A stretch of 63,965 nt of DNA, filler included, from an uncultured bacterium (GTDB taxonomy: Bacteria > DAOPZR01): NCBI GenBank assembly GCA_964637655.1. It is 10 parts of 10 records of this genome, joined end to end, with 100 filler letters (N's around TTAATTAATTAA, not from the genome) between each part and the next. Parts side by side here need not be neighbours in the genome. Positions count along the whole stretch, not along the records: positions 41,226 to 47,790 come from CAZWUZ010000214.1; positions 47,891 to 54,390 come from CAZWUZ010000215.1; 8 more parts are not named here. One strand, 5' to 3'. Below are positions 42,653 to 52,666 of the stretch, one piece after another (the first letter of the stretch is position 1; every line of letters begins with the position of its first letter). The notes below the pieces were generated by a model. The model did no database searches, was not told where the DNA came from, and was given only the letters and a program-made list of their open reading frames with translations. The position numbers were made by a program, and so were the translations under genes.

Positions 42653-44038
42653 CTACGGGACCAGCGGAGCCAGCGTCGCCCCCGGGAAAAAGAAGGCGAC
42701 AATCTGCGCCGCGCTCCACCCCGCCTCCGCCATCCCCTTCGCGCTGTACTGCGCCAGCCCGACCCCGTGCCCCCAGCCCAGTCCGCGCAGCACGAAGCGC
42801 GCGCTGTCGCCGCTGATTTCCGTAAAGAGCGTGCTCTTGCAGGCGTCAGGCCCGAGCGCGCTGCGGAACTGGCTGCCGGTAATTTCGACGGTACGGCGGC
42901 TGCCGCGCACGCGCATTTTTGTCGCGCGTCCTGACGGCCCGGTAGCGGTGATGTCCAGTCCGTGCACCTGCCCGACATTCCACGCGCGCAGTTTGTCACC
43001 CAGTTGCCAGCCGGTCAGTGCCAGTTCCCAGCGGTGGTGGGGCGAGGCGGCGCTGAACGGATCGTCGCGCACGGTGAAGTAGGGCAGGTCGCGTCCCCAG
43101 GCCTCGCCCGAGGTGGCGAGGCGACCGCCGGAATCAGCGCTGAAATACGCGGGCACCACCGTCCCTCCCTGCTGCAGCACGAGTCCGCGCGTGGCGTCGA
43201 CCGCGGCGCGCGTCGATTCGCTCTCCGCCCCGAAGCCGCCGAAGATCATCGCCGCCGCGTCGAAGTCGTAGGTCTCGCCGCGCCGCCCGGACAGGCGGCT
43301 CATGACATAGGAGCGCGCGGCAATCGCCTGCGCCTGCAGGGCGGCGGCGGGCCAGCGCGGCGACATCTCGCGCCCGATGACGCCATAGAGGAATTCCTCA
43401 AGGTCGAGCCGATTGACCGCAGTCAGCGTATTCCCCGCCTGCGTGACGATGATGACGTTGCGATAGGTGCTGCGCCCGACGGTAACGGGCCCCGAGGCGG
43501 TGAGCTGCACGCGCACGGAGCGCGTCGCCGTGCCGCCAAGGCGGATACCGCCACTCCCCGCCGCGAGGCGCAGGGCGCCGCGCACCGCCGGCAGCAGCAC
43601 GCCGCCGGTCGCCGCGTCGGTCACCTGCAGCCCGTTGCCGCTCACCGACAGTTCCGTCCCGGAGGCAACCAGCGCCCGCACGGGGACGGGCGCGGTCGCC
43701 GCCGCAGGCGGCACGGGCCGCACGTCCGGTTCGGTAGTCGTCAGCACCGCCGGCGTCGTCCCGCCGCGCGCGGCGAGAAAATAGGCCGCGTCAGCAAGGC
43801 GCGGTTCACCCGTCACCTGCCGCCAGGCGGACAGCGCGTCGGCCGTGCGCCCGAGGCGGTCGAGGGCGATACCGCGCAGGAAATAGGTTTCATCAGCGTC
43901 AGGAAGCTGCTGCAGCATGGTCAGCGCGGTCGCCGGCTGCCCGGCGCGCAGCAGCGCCCGCACCTCAGCGTCGGAGGCAGCCGTCACCGCGGCCGCGGAA
44001 AACAGCATCAGCAGGGAACAGAGCAGAGCGCGCAGCAT
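42653..44038 (-). CDS. SpoIID/LytB domain protein
   Basis: LEEFLYGVIGREM, ALQAQAIAARSY, GLGWGHGVGLAQY. Confidence 0.9.
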   Translation of the reverse strand: MLRALLCSLLMLFSAAAVTAASDAEVRALLRAGQPATALTMLQQLPDADETYFLRGIALDRLGRTADALSAWRQVTGEPRLADAAYFLAARGGTTPAVLTTTEPDVRPVPPAAATAPVPVRALVASGTELSVSGNGLQVTDAATGGVLLPAVRGALRLAAGSGGIRLGGTATRSVRVQLTASGPVTVGRSTYRNVIIVTQAGNTLTAVNRLDLEEFLYGVIGREMSPRWPAAALQAQAIAARSYVMSRLSGRRGETYDFDAAAMIFGGFGAESESTRAAVDATRGLVLQQGGTVVPAYFSADSGGRLATSGEAWGRDLPYFTVRDDPFSAASPHHRWELALTGWQLGDKLRAWNVGQVHGLDITATGPSGRATKMRVRGSRRTVEITGSQFRSALGPDACKSTLFTEISGDSARFVLRGLGWGHGVGLAQYSAKGMAEAGWSAAQIVAFFFPGATLAPLVP

Positions 44039-44071
44039 ACGGTTATGACACCCGTCGCCGCCGCGCGGTTA

Positions 44072-44698
44072 TCATGGTGTCTGCGCCGGGCGCAGGGCAG
44101 CGGTATCAAGCGCCGCCACGAACCGCGCGTACGACTCGTACCATTCGTCGTGGAACCCGTAGCCGCCGGCGCGCAGTTCCTGTTCCGCCGCCGCGGCTGT
44201 CCAGTGCTGCACCACCATGCGGTAGACCGCCACCGCCGTCCCCGTGCGGTCAGACCCGTGCAGACAGTGCACGTAGACCGGGGTGCGCGCAGGGTCGGTG
44301 ACGATGGCAATAAACCGTGCGAGCAGGGCGGGATCGGGTTCAGCAAAGGGGTGGAACGGGAGCGCGACATAGTCGAGTCCCGCCGCCCGCGCGGCTTCCT
44401 CCTCCCCGTGGAAGTAACGCAGGTTGACCACCGTGCGCACCCCGAGTTGTTGCAGTGCCGTCATGCCGGCCGCCAGCGGTTCCGGCTGCCCGCCGCGGTA
44501 GAGGGAATCACTGACCACATGCAGGTTGGGGAGACCCGGACGCGGCAGCGGCTGCGCCCAGGTAGCCGGGCGGGCGGCAGTGAAAGAGACGGTAGCAGCG
44601 GCAAGCGGGGCGGTATCCGCCGGCGGCGGCGGCGGCGGCGACGGAGTGCACGCGGACAACAGGAGACAGCCAAGCAGCAGGAGCGTCGCGCGCCTCAC
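44072..44698 (-). CDS. Tyrosine/dual-specificity phosphatase, lipoprotein
   Basis: LLSAC lipobox, LYRGGQP, HCLHGSDRTG (CX5R). Confidence 0.9.
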   Translation of the reverse strand: MRRATLLLLGCLLLSACTPSPPPPPPADTAPLAAATVSFTAARPATWAQPLPRPGLPNLHVVSDSLYRGGQPEPLAAGMTALQQLGVRTVVNLRYFHGEEEAARAAGLDYVALPFHPFAEPDPALLARFIAIVTDPARTPVYVHCLHGSDRTGTAVAVYRMVVQHWTAAAAEQELRAGGYGFHDEWYESYARFVAALDTAALRPAQTP

Positions 44699-45702
44699 GC
44701 GGCGCTGTCCCGCACGATGATGCGGGCAAGGCAGCGGGTGAAGAGTGCGGCCTTGCTGCGCGGGGTGCCGCCGCGCAACTGCGCGTTGAGTTCCGCGAGG
44801 AGTACCAGCGCCCGCCGCAACTCCGCCGCGCGAAAATATTTCGCCTGCTGCAGCAGGGTGCGCATGACTAATTCATGGCGCTTGAGCTGCTGCTGGATCA
44901 TGCCGGGGCTGCGTCCCGCGTCAAGCAGTTCGCGCACGACACACAGGTCGCGCAGGCGGCTGCGCAGCAGGCCCCAGAGCGGCAGCACCTCCTGCTGGCG
45001 CAGCAGGCGTTCCGCCTGGATGAGCGCTTCCACCCGCCGCTGCCCGACCGCGTCGATAAACCCCCACAGGTTGCCTTCCCCTTCGCCCGCCAGCGCGCGC
45101 TCGACATCAGCCAGGGTTACGCTGTTCCCCTGCGCATGGTCACGCAAATGCTGCAGGCACCACTCGAGTCCCCCCGCATCCTCCGCGCGCAGTTCGCCGA
45201 GTCGCTGCGCCGCCGCATCCTCGATATGCACCCCCGCGGTGGTGAACCACTGCTTGACCGCGGCGCGATCGCTCGTCGGGGTCGGTTTGCACTCGATGAC
45301 CTGCGCGTGTTTGTGTTTCTTTTCGCCCTCAAAGTACTTGCGCAGCGCCTCCGAGACATCGCGTTTTTCCTCGTCGATACGCAGCACCAGCCAGGTCCCG
45401 GGTGCCGGGTTATCGAGGTAGGCCGCGAAGCGTTTGAGCCCGTCGCTGCGCCCGTCCACCGCCCCCTGCGCGTCGAGGACGACCACCACCTTCCCCGCGG
45501 CAAAGAGCGAGGTTTCGCTCAGTTCACGGAAGAGCGACGCGACGGCGCCCGCGTCGGTGCCGTAGAGGCGCTTGATCTCGACCTGCGGGTCCTGTGCCCG
45601 GGCGTGCGCGATGATACGGTTGGCCTGTTCCTCCTGCCGGTGCCGGTCGCGGCCGTAGAGCAGGGTGACGGGGGCGGGGGATGAGGCGGGCGGGACGGGC
45701 AT
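44695..45702 (-). CDS. holA: DNA polymerase III delta subunit
   Basis: TLLYG, SLFAAGKVVVV, YLDNPAPGT; position after an lptE-like gene. Confidence 0.8.
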   Translation of the reverse strand: MPVPPASSPAPVTLLYGRDRHRQEEQANRIIAHARAQDPQVEIKRLYGTDAGAVASLFRELSETSLFAAGKVVVVLDAQGAVDGRSDGLKRFAAYLDNPAPGTWLVLRIDEEKRDVSEALRKYFEGEKKHKHAQVIECKPTPTSDRAAVKQWFTTAGVHIEDAAAQRLGELRAEDAGGLEWCLQHLRDHAQGNSVTLADVERALAGEGEGNLWGFIDAVGQRRVEALIQAERLLRQQEVLPLWGLLRSRLRDLCVVRELLDAGRSPGMIQQQLKRHELVMRTLLQQAKYFRAAELRRALVLLAELNAQLRGGTPRSKAALFTRCLARIIVRDSAA

Positions 45703-46247
45703 CAGCGGCTGTAGCGCGACCAGCCCTCGAGTACGCGGTTGGCCACGAGCGCGGCGATATCGTCAGCAAGACGCTGCTGCACCTCGACCTCCGTCTCGAT
45801 GGGCGCGAGGCGCTCCGAGTAGGTCGACTTGCTGTAGATGTCGCGGTCACGCCAGAGCGGCGTGTCGCTCCCCGTCTCGTGCAGCGCCGTCTCGACCCAG
45901 ATGCCGACGTTGTACTGCAGCACCTCGTCCTGGTCGTTGTAGACGGTCGGTTCCTTGACGTAGCGGTAGATGCGCGTGCGCAGCACGAGTTGCGCCTGGT
46001 CGGCGGTGCCGACATAGAGGCGCCCGTCGGCGATGAACTGCTGGATAATTCGGTTGGAAAGGTAGTCCTCAATCCCGTACTCGCGCGTGTCGTTGCGCAC
46101 CGTCGGGATGAAGATGGTGCGGATGTCGACCCGCTCGCGCTGCCCGCGGTTCACCCCGGGAAGCGCCACACGCCCCGCGTCCTCACGCGGTCCGGTGCAC
46201 CCGAGCGCCATGAGCGTCAGTAGCAGGCAGCTAAGTTGCTTCCGCAT
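45702..46247 (-). CDS. LptE-like LPS assembly lipoprotein
   Basis: ALGC lipobox; TIFIPTVRNDT.EYGIE...FIADGRL; lptE-holA synteny. Confidence 0.75.
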   Translation of the reverse strand: MRKQLSCLLLTLMALGCTGPREDAGRVALPGVNRGQRERVDIRTIFIPTVRNDTREYGIEDYLSNRIIQQFIADGRLYVGTADQAQLVLRTRIYRYVKEPTVYNDQDEVLQYNVGIWVETALHETGSDTPLWRDRDIYSKSTYSERLAPIETEVEVQQRLADDIAALVANRVLEGWSRYSR

Positions 46248-46815
46248 CGTCCGCCTCCCGTGCGTTGCAGAAGTTCATCGCCGCGGCGGCGCCGGAGCGC
46301 AGCCACAGTTTCACCGTCTCGACCGCCTTCGCCGCGCCGGCCGCGACCGCGTCGCGCTCCGCCGGGGGAATCGGGGCAAGCACGTAGTCGTCAAGCGCCT
46401 GGCGCGAGTCGCGCCCCACCCCGACACGCAGGCGCGCGAACTGCGTCGTGCCGAGCGCGTCGATCACCGACTGCAGGCCGTTATGCCCCCCCGCCGACCC
46501 GGCCAGCTTGAACTTCACCCCGCCGGGGGGGAGGTTGACCTCGTCGGAGACGACCAGCAGGTCGGCCGGCTTGAGCCCGAGCGTCGTCAGCCACGCCTGC
46601 ACCGGCCCGCCCGACAGGTTCATGTAGGCCTGCGGCCAGATGACCGTGACGGGCTCGCCGGCATACGTGCCGCTGACCGCGCGGGCACGGTGCTGCCGGC
46701 TCTCCTCCGGGCGCCGCAGCAGCGCGGCCACCCCGTCGGCGACGACAAAACCGGCATTGTGCCGCGTCCCGACGTACTCGGGACCGGGATTCCCCAGCCC
46801 GGCAATAAGCCGCAT
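46231..46815 (-). CDS. pth: Peptidyl-tRNA hydrolase
   Basis: GLGNPGPEY..TRHNAGF, YMNLSG, GGHNGL, RLRVGVGR. Confidence 0.97.
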   Translation of the reverse strand: MRLIAGLGNPGPEYVGTRHNAGFVVADGVAALLRRPEESRQHRARAVSGTYAGEPVTVIWPQAYMNLSGGPVQAWLTTLGLKPADLLVVSDEVNLPPGGVKFKLAGSAGGHNGLQSVIDALGTTQFARLRVGVGRDSRQALDDYVLAPIPPAERDAVAAGAAKAVETVKLWLRSGAAAAMNFCNAREADDAEAT

Positions 46816-46824
46816 CGGCGCGGC

Positions 46825-47571
46825 TTACTTCTTCTTGGCGTCCTTCTTGTCGCCGCCCTTGGCGTCGGCCTTGGCATCCTTCGCCCCGGCCTTGGCGTCG
46901 CCCGCCTTGGCGTCTCCATCCTTCTTCTCGCCTTCGGCTGCCGCACCCTCCGCGGGCGCCGCACCCTCCGCCGGGGCCGCGCCTTCCGCTGCCGCCGCCG
47001 CGCCGGGCTTCGCTTCCTCTTCCTTCGCCGGCATGGTGATGGTGACCACCGCACGGCCGCCTTCTGTCACGGCAACCACGCCGGCCGGGAAGGCCAGGTC
47101 GGAGACGTGCAGCGCCTGCCCGATATTGAGCGGCGCCACGTCGACGGTGATCTGTTCGGGGAGGTCCTTGGGCATGCAGCGGACGCGCACGACGCGCATC
47201 TGCACGTCCATGACGCCGCCCATGACGATACCGGCGGGGGTGCCGGTGCAGACCAGCGGGACTTCCGTCTCAATTTCCTTGTTCATATCGATGCGGAAAA
47301 AGTCCAGGTGGAGGAATTTTTCCGACACCGGATCGATCTGGATCTCGCGCAGCAGCGCGTCGAAGCGGTCGCTCCCCATCTGCAGCGCGAAGATGACCTT
47401 CTCGCCGCGCTTGGTGATCGTCTGGGTGAAACTCCGCTCATCGAGCGTCAGGCCGAGGGCATCCTGCCCCTGCCCGTAGAGAATCGCCGGGATTTTCCCC
47501 GAGCGCCGCAGGGCGTTCGTGCCGCCCTTGCGCACATCGCGCGGTTCCGCGCTGAGCACTGCCTGTTCCAT
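46825..47571 (-). CDS. rplY: 50S ribosomal protein L25 / Ctc
   Basis: LRRSGKIPAILYG, HLDF, long C-terminal form. Confidence 0.95.
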   Translation of the reverse strand: MEQAVLSAEPRDVRKGGTNALRRSGKIPAILYGQGQDALGLTLDERSFTQTITKRGEKVIFALQMGSDRFDALLREIQIDPVSEKFLHLDFFRIDMNKEIETEVPLVCTGTPAGIVMGGVMDVQMRVVRVRCMPKDLPEQITVDVAPLNIGQALHVSDLAFPAGVVAVTEGGRAVVTITMPAKEEEAKPGAAAAAEGAAPAEGAAPAEGAAAEGEKKDGDAKAGDAKAGAKDAKADAKGGDKKDAKKK

Positions 47572-47940
47572 GTCCTGCCTCCTGATGGTGAAACACGTTT
47601 TACGTTATGCGCTGCGACATAGGCGCCTGCCCGTATCCATGGGATATGTCGGGAGCCGCACCGCATAGGCCTGCTGACAGCAGTAATGCCCATATACCAT
47701 AGATGCGCGCGCTTGTCAACCGGCTTTGGTTGCGGGCAGCGATTCCGCATCTGGGTATAATTGCCAACGCCAGGTTTCACCCGCAGGTTCNNNNNNNNNN
47801 NNNNNNNNNNNNNNNNNNNNNNNNNNNNNNNNNNTTAATTAATTAANNNNNNNNNNNNNNNNNNNNNNNNNNNNNNNNNNNNNNNNNNNNGCATAATCCG
47901 GAGTTCGGCATTATGACGCTTATGCCGCATTCGGCATAAT

Positions 47941-48105
47941 CGTCATTCATTTGCCACGCACCTGCTGGAGAACGGCTACGACATCCGCACCATACAGGAA
48001 CTGCTCGGACATTACGATGTGAAGACGACGATGATTTATACGCATGTCGCCAGTCGCAACCGGCTGGGTGTCAGGTCTCCGCTGGACAATTCAGCACAAG
48101 CATAG
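47941..48105 (+). pseudogene. intI: 3' fragment of an integron integrase-like tyrosine recombinase
   Basis: Manual translation [49 protein letters not shown]; in-frame TGA at 47914 upstream. Confidence 0.8.
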
Positions 48106-48261
48106 GATGCAGGGCGGCGGTGAGAAATTTCACCGCGCCATTCCTGTGTGTCTTGCGACAGCATGGCGGATTTCGTTGACGGGGCAGGCGGGCGGGTGCT
48201 ACGATACGCGCACTGACAGGAAGCGCAGGGAGGCGAACATGAACCTTACGGAGCACAGGCC

Positions 48262-48516
48262 ATGCTGACCGTTTACGGCGCGGCATGGTGCCCGCACTGC
48301 CGGCGGACAGTCGACTGGCTGAAAGCGAAGAACATTCCCTTCACCTACGTCGACATGGACACGGTCGATGCGGGGACGGAGAAGCGCGTGACAGACGCCA
48401 ACGGCGGCGATGACTGGGTGGTGCCGACGCTGGAGTACCAGGGCAAGTGGCGGCGCGGGCAGTTCTTCCACGAGGAGAAACTGACAGCTGACCTCAAGGC
48501 GTGGGGCGTGTTGTGA
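48262..48516 (+). CDS. Glutaredoxin-like (NrdH/mycoredoxin-like) protein
   Basis: WCPHC and VPT motifs. Confidence 0.9.
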   Translation: MLTVYGAAWCPHCRRTVDWLKAKNIPFTYVDMDTVDAGTEKRVTDANGGDDWVVPTLEYQGKWRRGQFFHEEKLTADLKAWGVL

Positions 48517-49169
48517 CCTTTCGCGCCGTCCTCTTCGACCTGGACGGCACGCTGCTCGACACGCTGCAGGACCTCGCTGACGCGATGAACGGCGCGCTGG
48601 CCGACCTCGGCCACCCGCCGCACCCGGTCGGGGCCTACCGCTACTTCGTCGGCAACGGTGCGGTGAATCTCGCGCGGCGCACGCTGCCGGAGGCGGCGCG
48701 CACGGAGGAGCAGGTGGCGCGCGCGGTGGCCGCGTTCAGCACGCGCTACGCAGAGAACTGGAACGCGACCACCCACCCGTATCCCGGGGTGATGGCGCTG
48801 CTCATGGCACTGCACGAACGCGGCCTGACGCTCGCCATCCTGACCAACAAACCTGACGCATTCGCACAGCAGACGGTGCAGGCACTGCTCCCCGCGCAGC
48901 TGTTCGCGGCGGTGGTGGGGATGACGCCGCAGCGGCAGACAAAGCCGGATCCGTCAGAAGCGCTGCGCCTGGCGCGGGAACTCGGCATCCCGCCGGCGGA
49001 GTGGCTCTATCTCGGTGATACGGCAACCGACATGGAAACCGCGCGGGCGGCGGGGATGTACCCGGTCGGCGCCTTGTGGGGGTTCCGCACCGCGGACGAA
49101 CTGTGCGACAGCGGTGCGCAGGTGCTGGCGGCGCAACCGGCTGACCTGCTGCAGGTGCTCGATGCCTGA
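48513..49169 (+). CDS. HAD hydrolase, phosphoglycolate phosphatase-like
   Basis: FDLDGTLLDT, LTNK, KPDP, LGDTATD, ALWGFR. Confidence 0.92.
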   Translation: MTFRAVLFDLDGTLLDTLQDLADAMNGALADLGHPPHPVGAYRYFVGNGAVNLARRTLPEAARTEEQVARAVAAFSTRYAENWNATTHPYPGVMALLMALHERGLTLAILTNKPDAFAQQTVQALLPAQLFAAVVGMTPQRQTKPDPSEALRLARELGIPPAEWLYLGDTATDMETARAAGMYPVGALWGFRTADELCDSGAQVLAAQPADLLQVLDA

Positions 49170-50007
49170 ACTGAAATTTGACGACTACGCGCTGCTCGAT
49201 TGCGGCGGCGGGCGGAAACTGGAGCGTTTCGCGGGGTATACGGTGGTGCGCCCGGCGGTGGCGGCGACGGAAGCAGTGCAGCACCCGGAGTTGTGGGGGT
49301 CGGCGAACGCGGAATATGTGCGCACGGCAAAGGGCCGGGAATGGCAGGTCGGGTGTGAACCGCCCGCGAACTGGCAGATGACGGCCGGCCCGCTCCGTTT
49401 CGGCCTGCGTCTGGCAGCGGGAGGACAGGTCGGCATCTTTCCGGAACAACTCACCAGCTGGCAGTGGCTGCAGGAGCGGGCGGCGTTCAGCGCGGCCGGG
49501 GAGCGGGTGCTGAATGCTTTCGCCTATACCGGGGGCGCCACACTGGCCCTAATGACGGCGGGGAGCGCGGTGCAGACGGTACATCTTGACGGGTCGCGTC
49601 CGGCAGTCAAATGGGCGCAGGAGAATGCGGTACGCAGCGGGGTGACGGGAGGCGTCTCATGGGTGGTCGAGGATGTGCTGACCTTCATGAAGCGGGAAGT
49701 GAAGCGCAAACACCGCTATTCCGGCCTGATATTCGATCCGCCGGCGTTCGGGCGCGGACCGGCCGGAGAGTGGTCACTGACCCGTGACCTGCCCGTGCTG
49801 CTCGACCTTGCGGCGGCACTTATGGCTGACGGGGGATTCTTTCTGCTGAGCATGCATGAACCGGGCATGACCGGTACTGAACTGGTCGACCTTGTTGCCC
49901 GGCATGGAGTTATGCCACGTAAAACCATGGAACATGGCGGCCTGCACCTGACCGCACACAGCCGGATACTGACCGCAGGGGTGTACGCGCGCGGCCTGAG
50001 CGGTTGA
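49162..50007 (+). CDS. SAM-dependent methyltransferase (RlmI/RlmK-like)
   Basis: DYALLDCG.GRKLERF, GIFPEQ, LNAFAYTGGAT, DPPAFGRG. Confidence 0.88.
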   Translation: MPELKFDDYALLDCGGGRKLERFAGYTVVRPAVAATEAVQHPELWGSANAEYVRTAKGREWQVGCEPPANWQMTAGPLRFGLRLAAGGQVGIFPEQLTSWQWLQERAAFSAAGERVLNAFAYTGGATLALMTAGSAVQTVHLDGSRPAVKWAQENAVRSGVTGGVSWVVEDVLTFMKREVKRKHRYSGLIFDPPAFGRGPAGEWSLTRDLPVLLDLAAALMADGGFFLLSMHEPGMTGTELVDLVARHGVMPRKTMEHGGLHLTAHSRILTAGVYARGLSG

Positions 50008-50032
50008 CAGCATCACCACCATATCATATAAT
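50004..50032 (+). promoter_or_regulatory. Perfect consensus sigma70 promoter of metK
   Basis: TTGACA-17-TATAAT. Confidence 0.85.
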
Positions 50033-50107
50033 TACCTCTCTACGGACGGGCTCTGACCTGCCGCAGCGGCAAAATAAACCCGCATAAGGGTACGGAGGCG
50101 ATACGCA

Positions 50108-51268
50108 ATGAAACAGCTGTTTACTTCGGAAAGCGTGACAGAAGGACATCCTGACAAGGTTGCCGACCAGATTTCGGACGCGGTGCTCGATGCACTGCTG
50201 ACCAACGACCCGAACAGCCGGGTGGCCTGCGAAACGATGGTCACGACCGGCATGGCGCTGGTGGCGGGCGAAATCACCACCAAGGGGTACGTTGACATTC
50301 CTAAACTGGTCCGCTCGGTGGTCAAGGACATCGGCTATACGCAGGGCGCATTCGGCTTCGACTCCAATACCTGCGCGGTTCTGGTGGCGCTGGACGAGCA
50401 GAGCCCGGACATCTCGCAGGGCGTCACTGAGGGGCAGGGGCTGTTCAAGGAACAGGGCGCGGGCGACCAGGGGATGATGTTCGGCTATGCCTGTGACGAG
50501 ACGAAGGAACTGATGCCGCTCCCCATCCAGCTGGCGCACCGGCTGTGTGAAAAGCTCGCCGCGATCCGCAAGTCGGGCGAACTCGAGTACCTGCGCCCGG
50601 ACGGCAAGTCGCAGGTGACGGTGGAATACGAGAACGGCAAACCGAAGCGGATCGACGCGGTGGTCATTTCGACGCAGCACGGCCCGACGGTCCCCTACGA
50701 GACGATCAAGGCGGACATCATCGAGAAGGTGATCAAGCCGATCTGCCCGGCGAACATGCTCGACGCGGAGACCAAGTACTACGTCAACCCGACGGGGCGT
50801 TTCGTGGTCGGCGGCCCGCAGGGCGACTGCGGCCTGACGGGGCGCAAGATCATCGTCGACACCTACGGCGGCATGGGGCGGCACGGCGGCGGCGCGTTCT
50901 CGGGGAAGGATCCGTCGAAGGTCGACCGGTCGGCGGCCTACGCGGCGCGCTGGGTGGCGAAGAACATCGTCGCGGCCGGGCTGGCGACGCGCTGCGAAGT
51001 GCAGCTGGCGTATGCCATCGGCGTGGCGCAGCCGGTCTCGGTGCGCGTCGACACGTACGGGACGAGCAAGTACAGCGAGGAACAGCTGACCAGGGCGGTC
51101 ATGGAAGTGTTCGACCTGCGCCCGCGCGGCATTCTCGAGCAGCTCGACCTGCTGAAGCCGATTTACCGGCAGACGGCGGCCTACGGCCACTTCGGGCGCG
51201 AGGCGAAGACGGGCTTCACCTGGGAACGGACGAACAAGGCCGAGGACCTGAAGAAGGCCATCAAGTAA
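50108..51268 (+). CDS. metK: S-adenosylmethionine synthetase
   Basis: [35 protein letters not shown]. Confidence 0.98.
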   Translation: MKQLFTSESVTEGHPDKVADQISDAVLDALLTNDPNSRVACETMVTTGMALVAGEITTKGYVDIPKLVRSVVKDIGYTQGAFGFDSNTCAVLVALDEQSPDISQGVTEGQGLFKEQGAGDQGMMFGYACDETKELMPLPIQLAHRLCEKLAAIRKSGELEYLRPDGKSQVTVEYENGKPKRIDAVVISTQHGPTVPYETIKADIIEKVIKPICPANMLDAETKYYVNPTGRFVVGGPQGDCGLTGRKIIVDTYGGMGRHGGGAFSGKDPSKVDRSAAYAARWVAKNIVAAGLATRCEVQLAYAIGVAQPVSVRVDTYGTSKYSEEQLTRAVMEVFDLRPRGILEQLDLLKPIYRQTAAYGHFGREAKTGFTWERTNKAEDLKKAIK

Positions 51269-51287
51269 CTGAACAGACGCACATGAC

Positions 51288-51326
51288 ACCGGCCGGGGAG
51301 GGGCTCCTTCCCGGCCGGTTTGTGTG
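51288..51326 (+). terminator. Putative intrinsic terminator after metK
   Basis: ACCGGCCGGG / CCCGGCCGGT stem followed by TTGTGT. Confidence 0.55.
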
Positions 51327-51353
51327 TCTGCATGAGGGACACGGACAGAACTG

Positions 51354-52664
51354 ATGAAACCGTTGTACAGCGGCGTGCGCGGCACGCGCGACCTGATCGG
51401 AGCGGAAGCACAGCGGCTGCTGCGGCTGGAGCGCTCGCTCGGCGACTGGTGTGCATCGTTCGGCTATCAGCCGATCATCACGCCGGTCTTCGAGGAGGAA
51501 GCGCTCTTTACGCGCAGCATCGGCACGGATACTGATGTCGTGCACAAGGAAATCTACCGTTTTGCCGACCGCAAGGGGCGGCAGCTGGCGCTGCGTCCCG
51601 AGGGGACAGCCGGGGTCTGTCGCGCGCTGCTGCAGCATCCGGGCTTCGCCGCGCGCCCCGAGGGGCGTTTCTGCTACAGCGGCCCGATGTTCCGCTACGA
51701 CCGGCCGCAGGCGGGACGCTACCGCCAGTTTTTCCAGTTCGGGGTCGAGTGTTTCGGCGAGTGCGGCCCGTTCGCCGATGCCGAGCAGGTGCACATGATC
51801 GACGCGTGGCTGCGCGCGGCGGGCCTGACGGACTACGAGGTGCGGGTCAACAGCATCGGCTGCGCGGCGTGTCGCGGGAATTTTACCGCGGCGCTGCAGG
51901 AGCGCTGGCGCGGTCACGCGGAGGAACTCTGCGGCGACTGCCGCGAGCGGCTGGAGCGCAACCCGCTGCGCGTGCTTGACTGCAAGGTGAAGGAGTGCTT
52001 CTCGCGGCGGGGTGAGGTGCCCGCGGCGACGGAACTGCTCTGCGACTGCTGCCGCGATCACTTCACCCGCTTCTGCGCCCTGCTCGACAGCGTCGGGTTG
52101 CGCTACCGGCAGGATGACCGTCTGGTGCGCGGGCTCGACTACTACACGCGCACGACGTTCGAATTCGTCAGCACGGCGCTCGGGGCGCAGTCGGCATTCC
52201 TCGGCGGCGGGCGCTACGACGGCCTGCTGGCGCAACTGGGCGGCCCGTCGGTGCCGGCCATCGGCTGGGCGGCCGGGCTCGACCGGCTGCTGACGCTGCT
52301 GCCGGCGGAATTCCCGGCGGTGACGGCGGCGGCGCCCGGGCGCTGCTGCGTGCTGGCCCTCGGCTCGACGGAGGCGGAGGCGCGCTGCTTCCCGCTGGTC
52401 GTGGAACTGCGCCGGCGCGGCATCGACGTGCGCTGGCCCGGGCGCCCGGAGAAACTGGGCAAACAACTCAAGGAAGCGAACCGCATCGGGGCGGCGTGCG
52501 TGCTGATTATGCACGAGGATGAAGTGCAGAAGAATGTTGTGCAGGTGAAGGATTTTATCGGGCAGAGCGGGACGAAGGAATTCGCCCTGGGCGCGGACGC
52601 GGCGGTGCTGGCGGACGCAGTGAAAAAACATATTGACGGATTGCAGGCGGCAGACAGGAGCTGA
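51354..52664 (+). CDS. hisS: Histidine-tRNA ligase
   Basis: [34 protein letters not shown]. Confidence 0.97.
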   Translation: MKPLYSGVRGTRDLIGAEAQRLLRLERSLGDWCASFGYQPIITPVFEEEALFTRSIGTDTDVVHKEIYRFADRKGRQLALRPEGTAGVCRALLQHPGFAARPEGRFCYSGPMFRYDRPQAGRYRQFFQFGVECFGECGPFADAEQVHMIDAWLRAAGLTDYEVRVNSIGCAACRGNFTAALQERWRGHAEELCGDCRERLERNPLRVLDCKVKECFSRRGEVPAATELLCDCCRDHFTRFCALLDSVGLRYRQDDRLVRGLDYYTRTTFEFVSTALGAQSAFLGGGRYDGLLAQLGGPSVPAIGWAAGLDRLLTLLPAEFPAVTAAAPGRCCVLALGSTEAEARCFPLVVELRRRGIDVRWPGRPEKLGKQLKEANRIGAACVLIMHEDEVQKNVVQVKDFIGQSGTKEFALGADAAVLADAVKKHIDGLQAADRS

Positions 52665-52666
52665 AC

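Noticed and set aside
46830-47020. Repetitive GC-rich sequence
   Set aside because: Encodes the low-complexity AEGAAP/GDAKA tail of ribosomal protein L25.
50033-50107. SAM riboswitch upstream of metK
   Set aside because: Leader is about 70 nt and I could not match SAM-I or SAM-II consensus elements.
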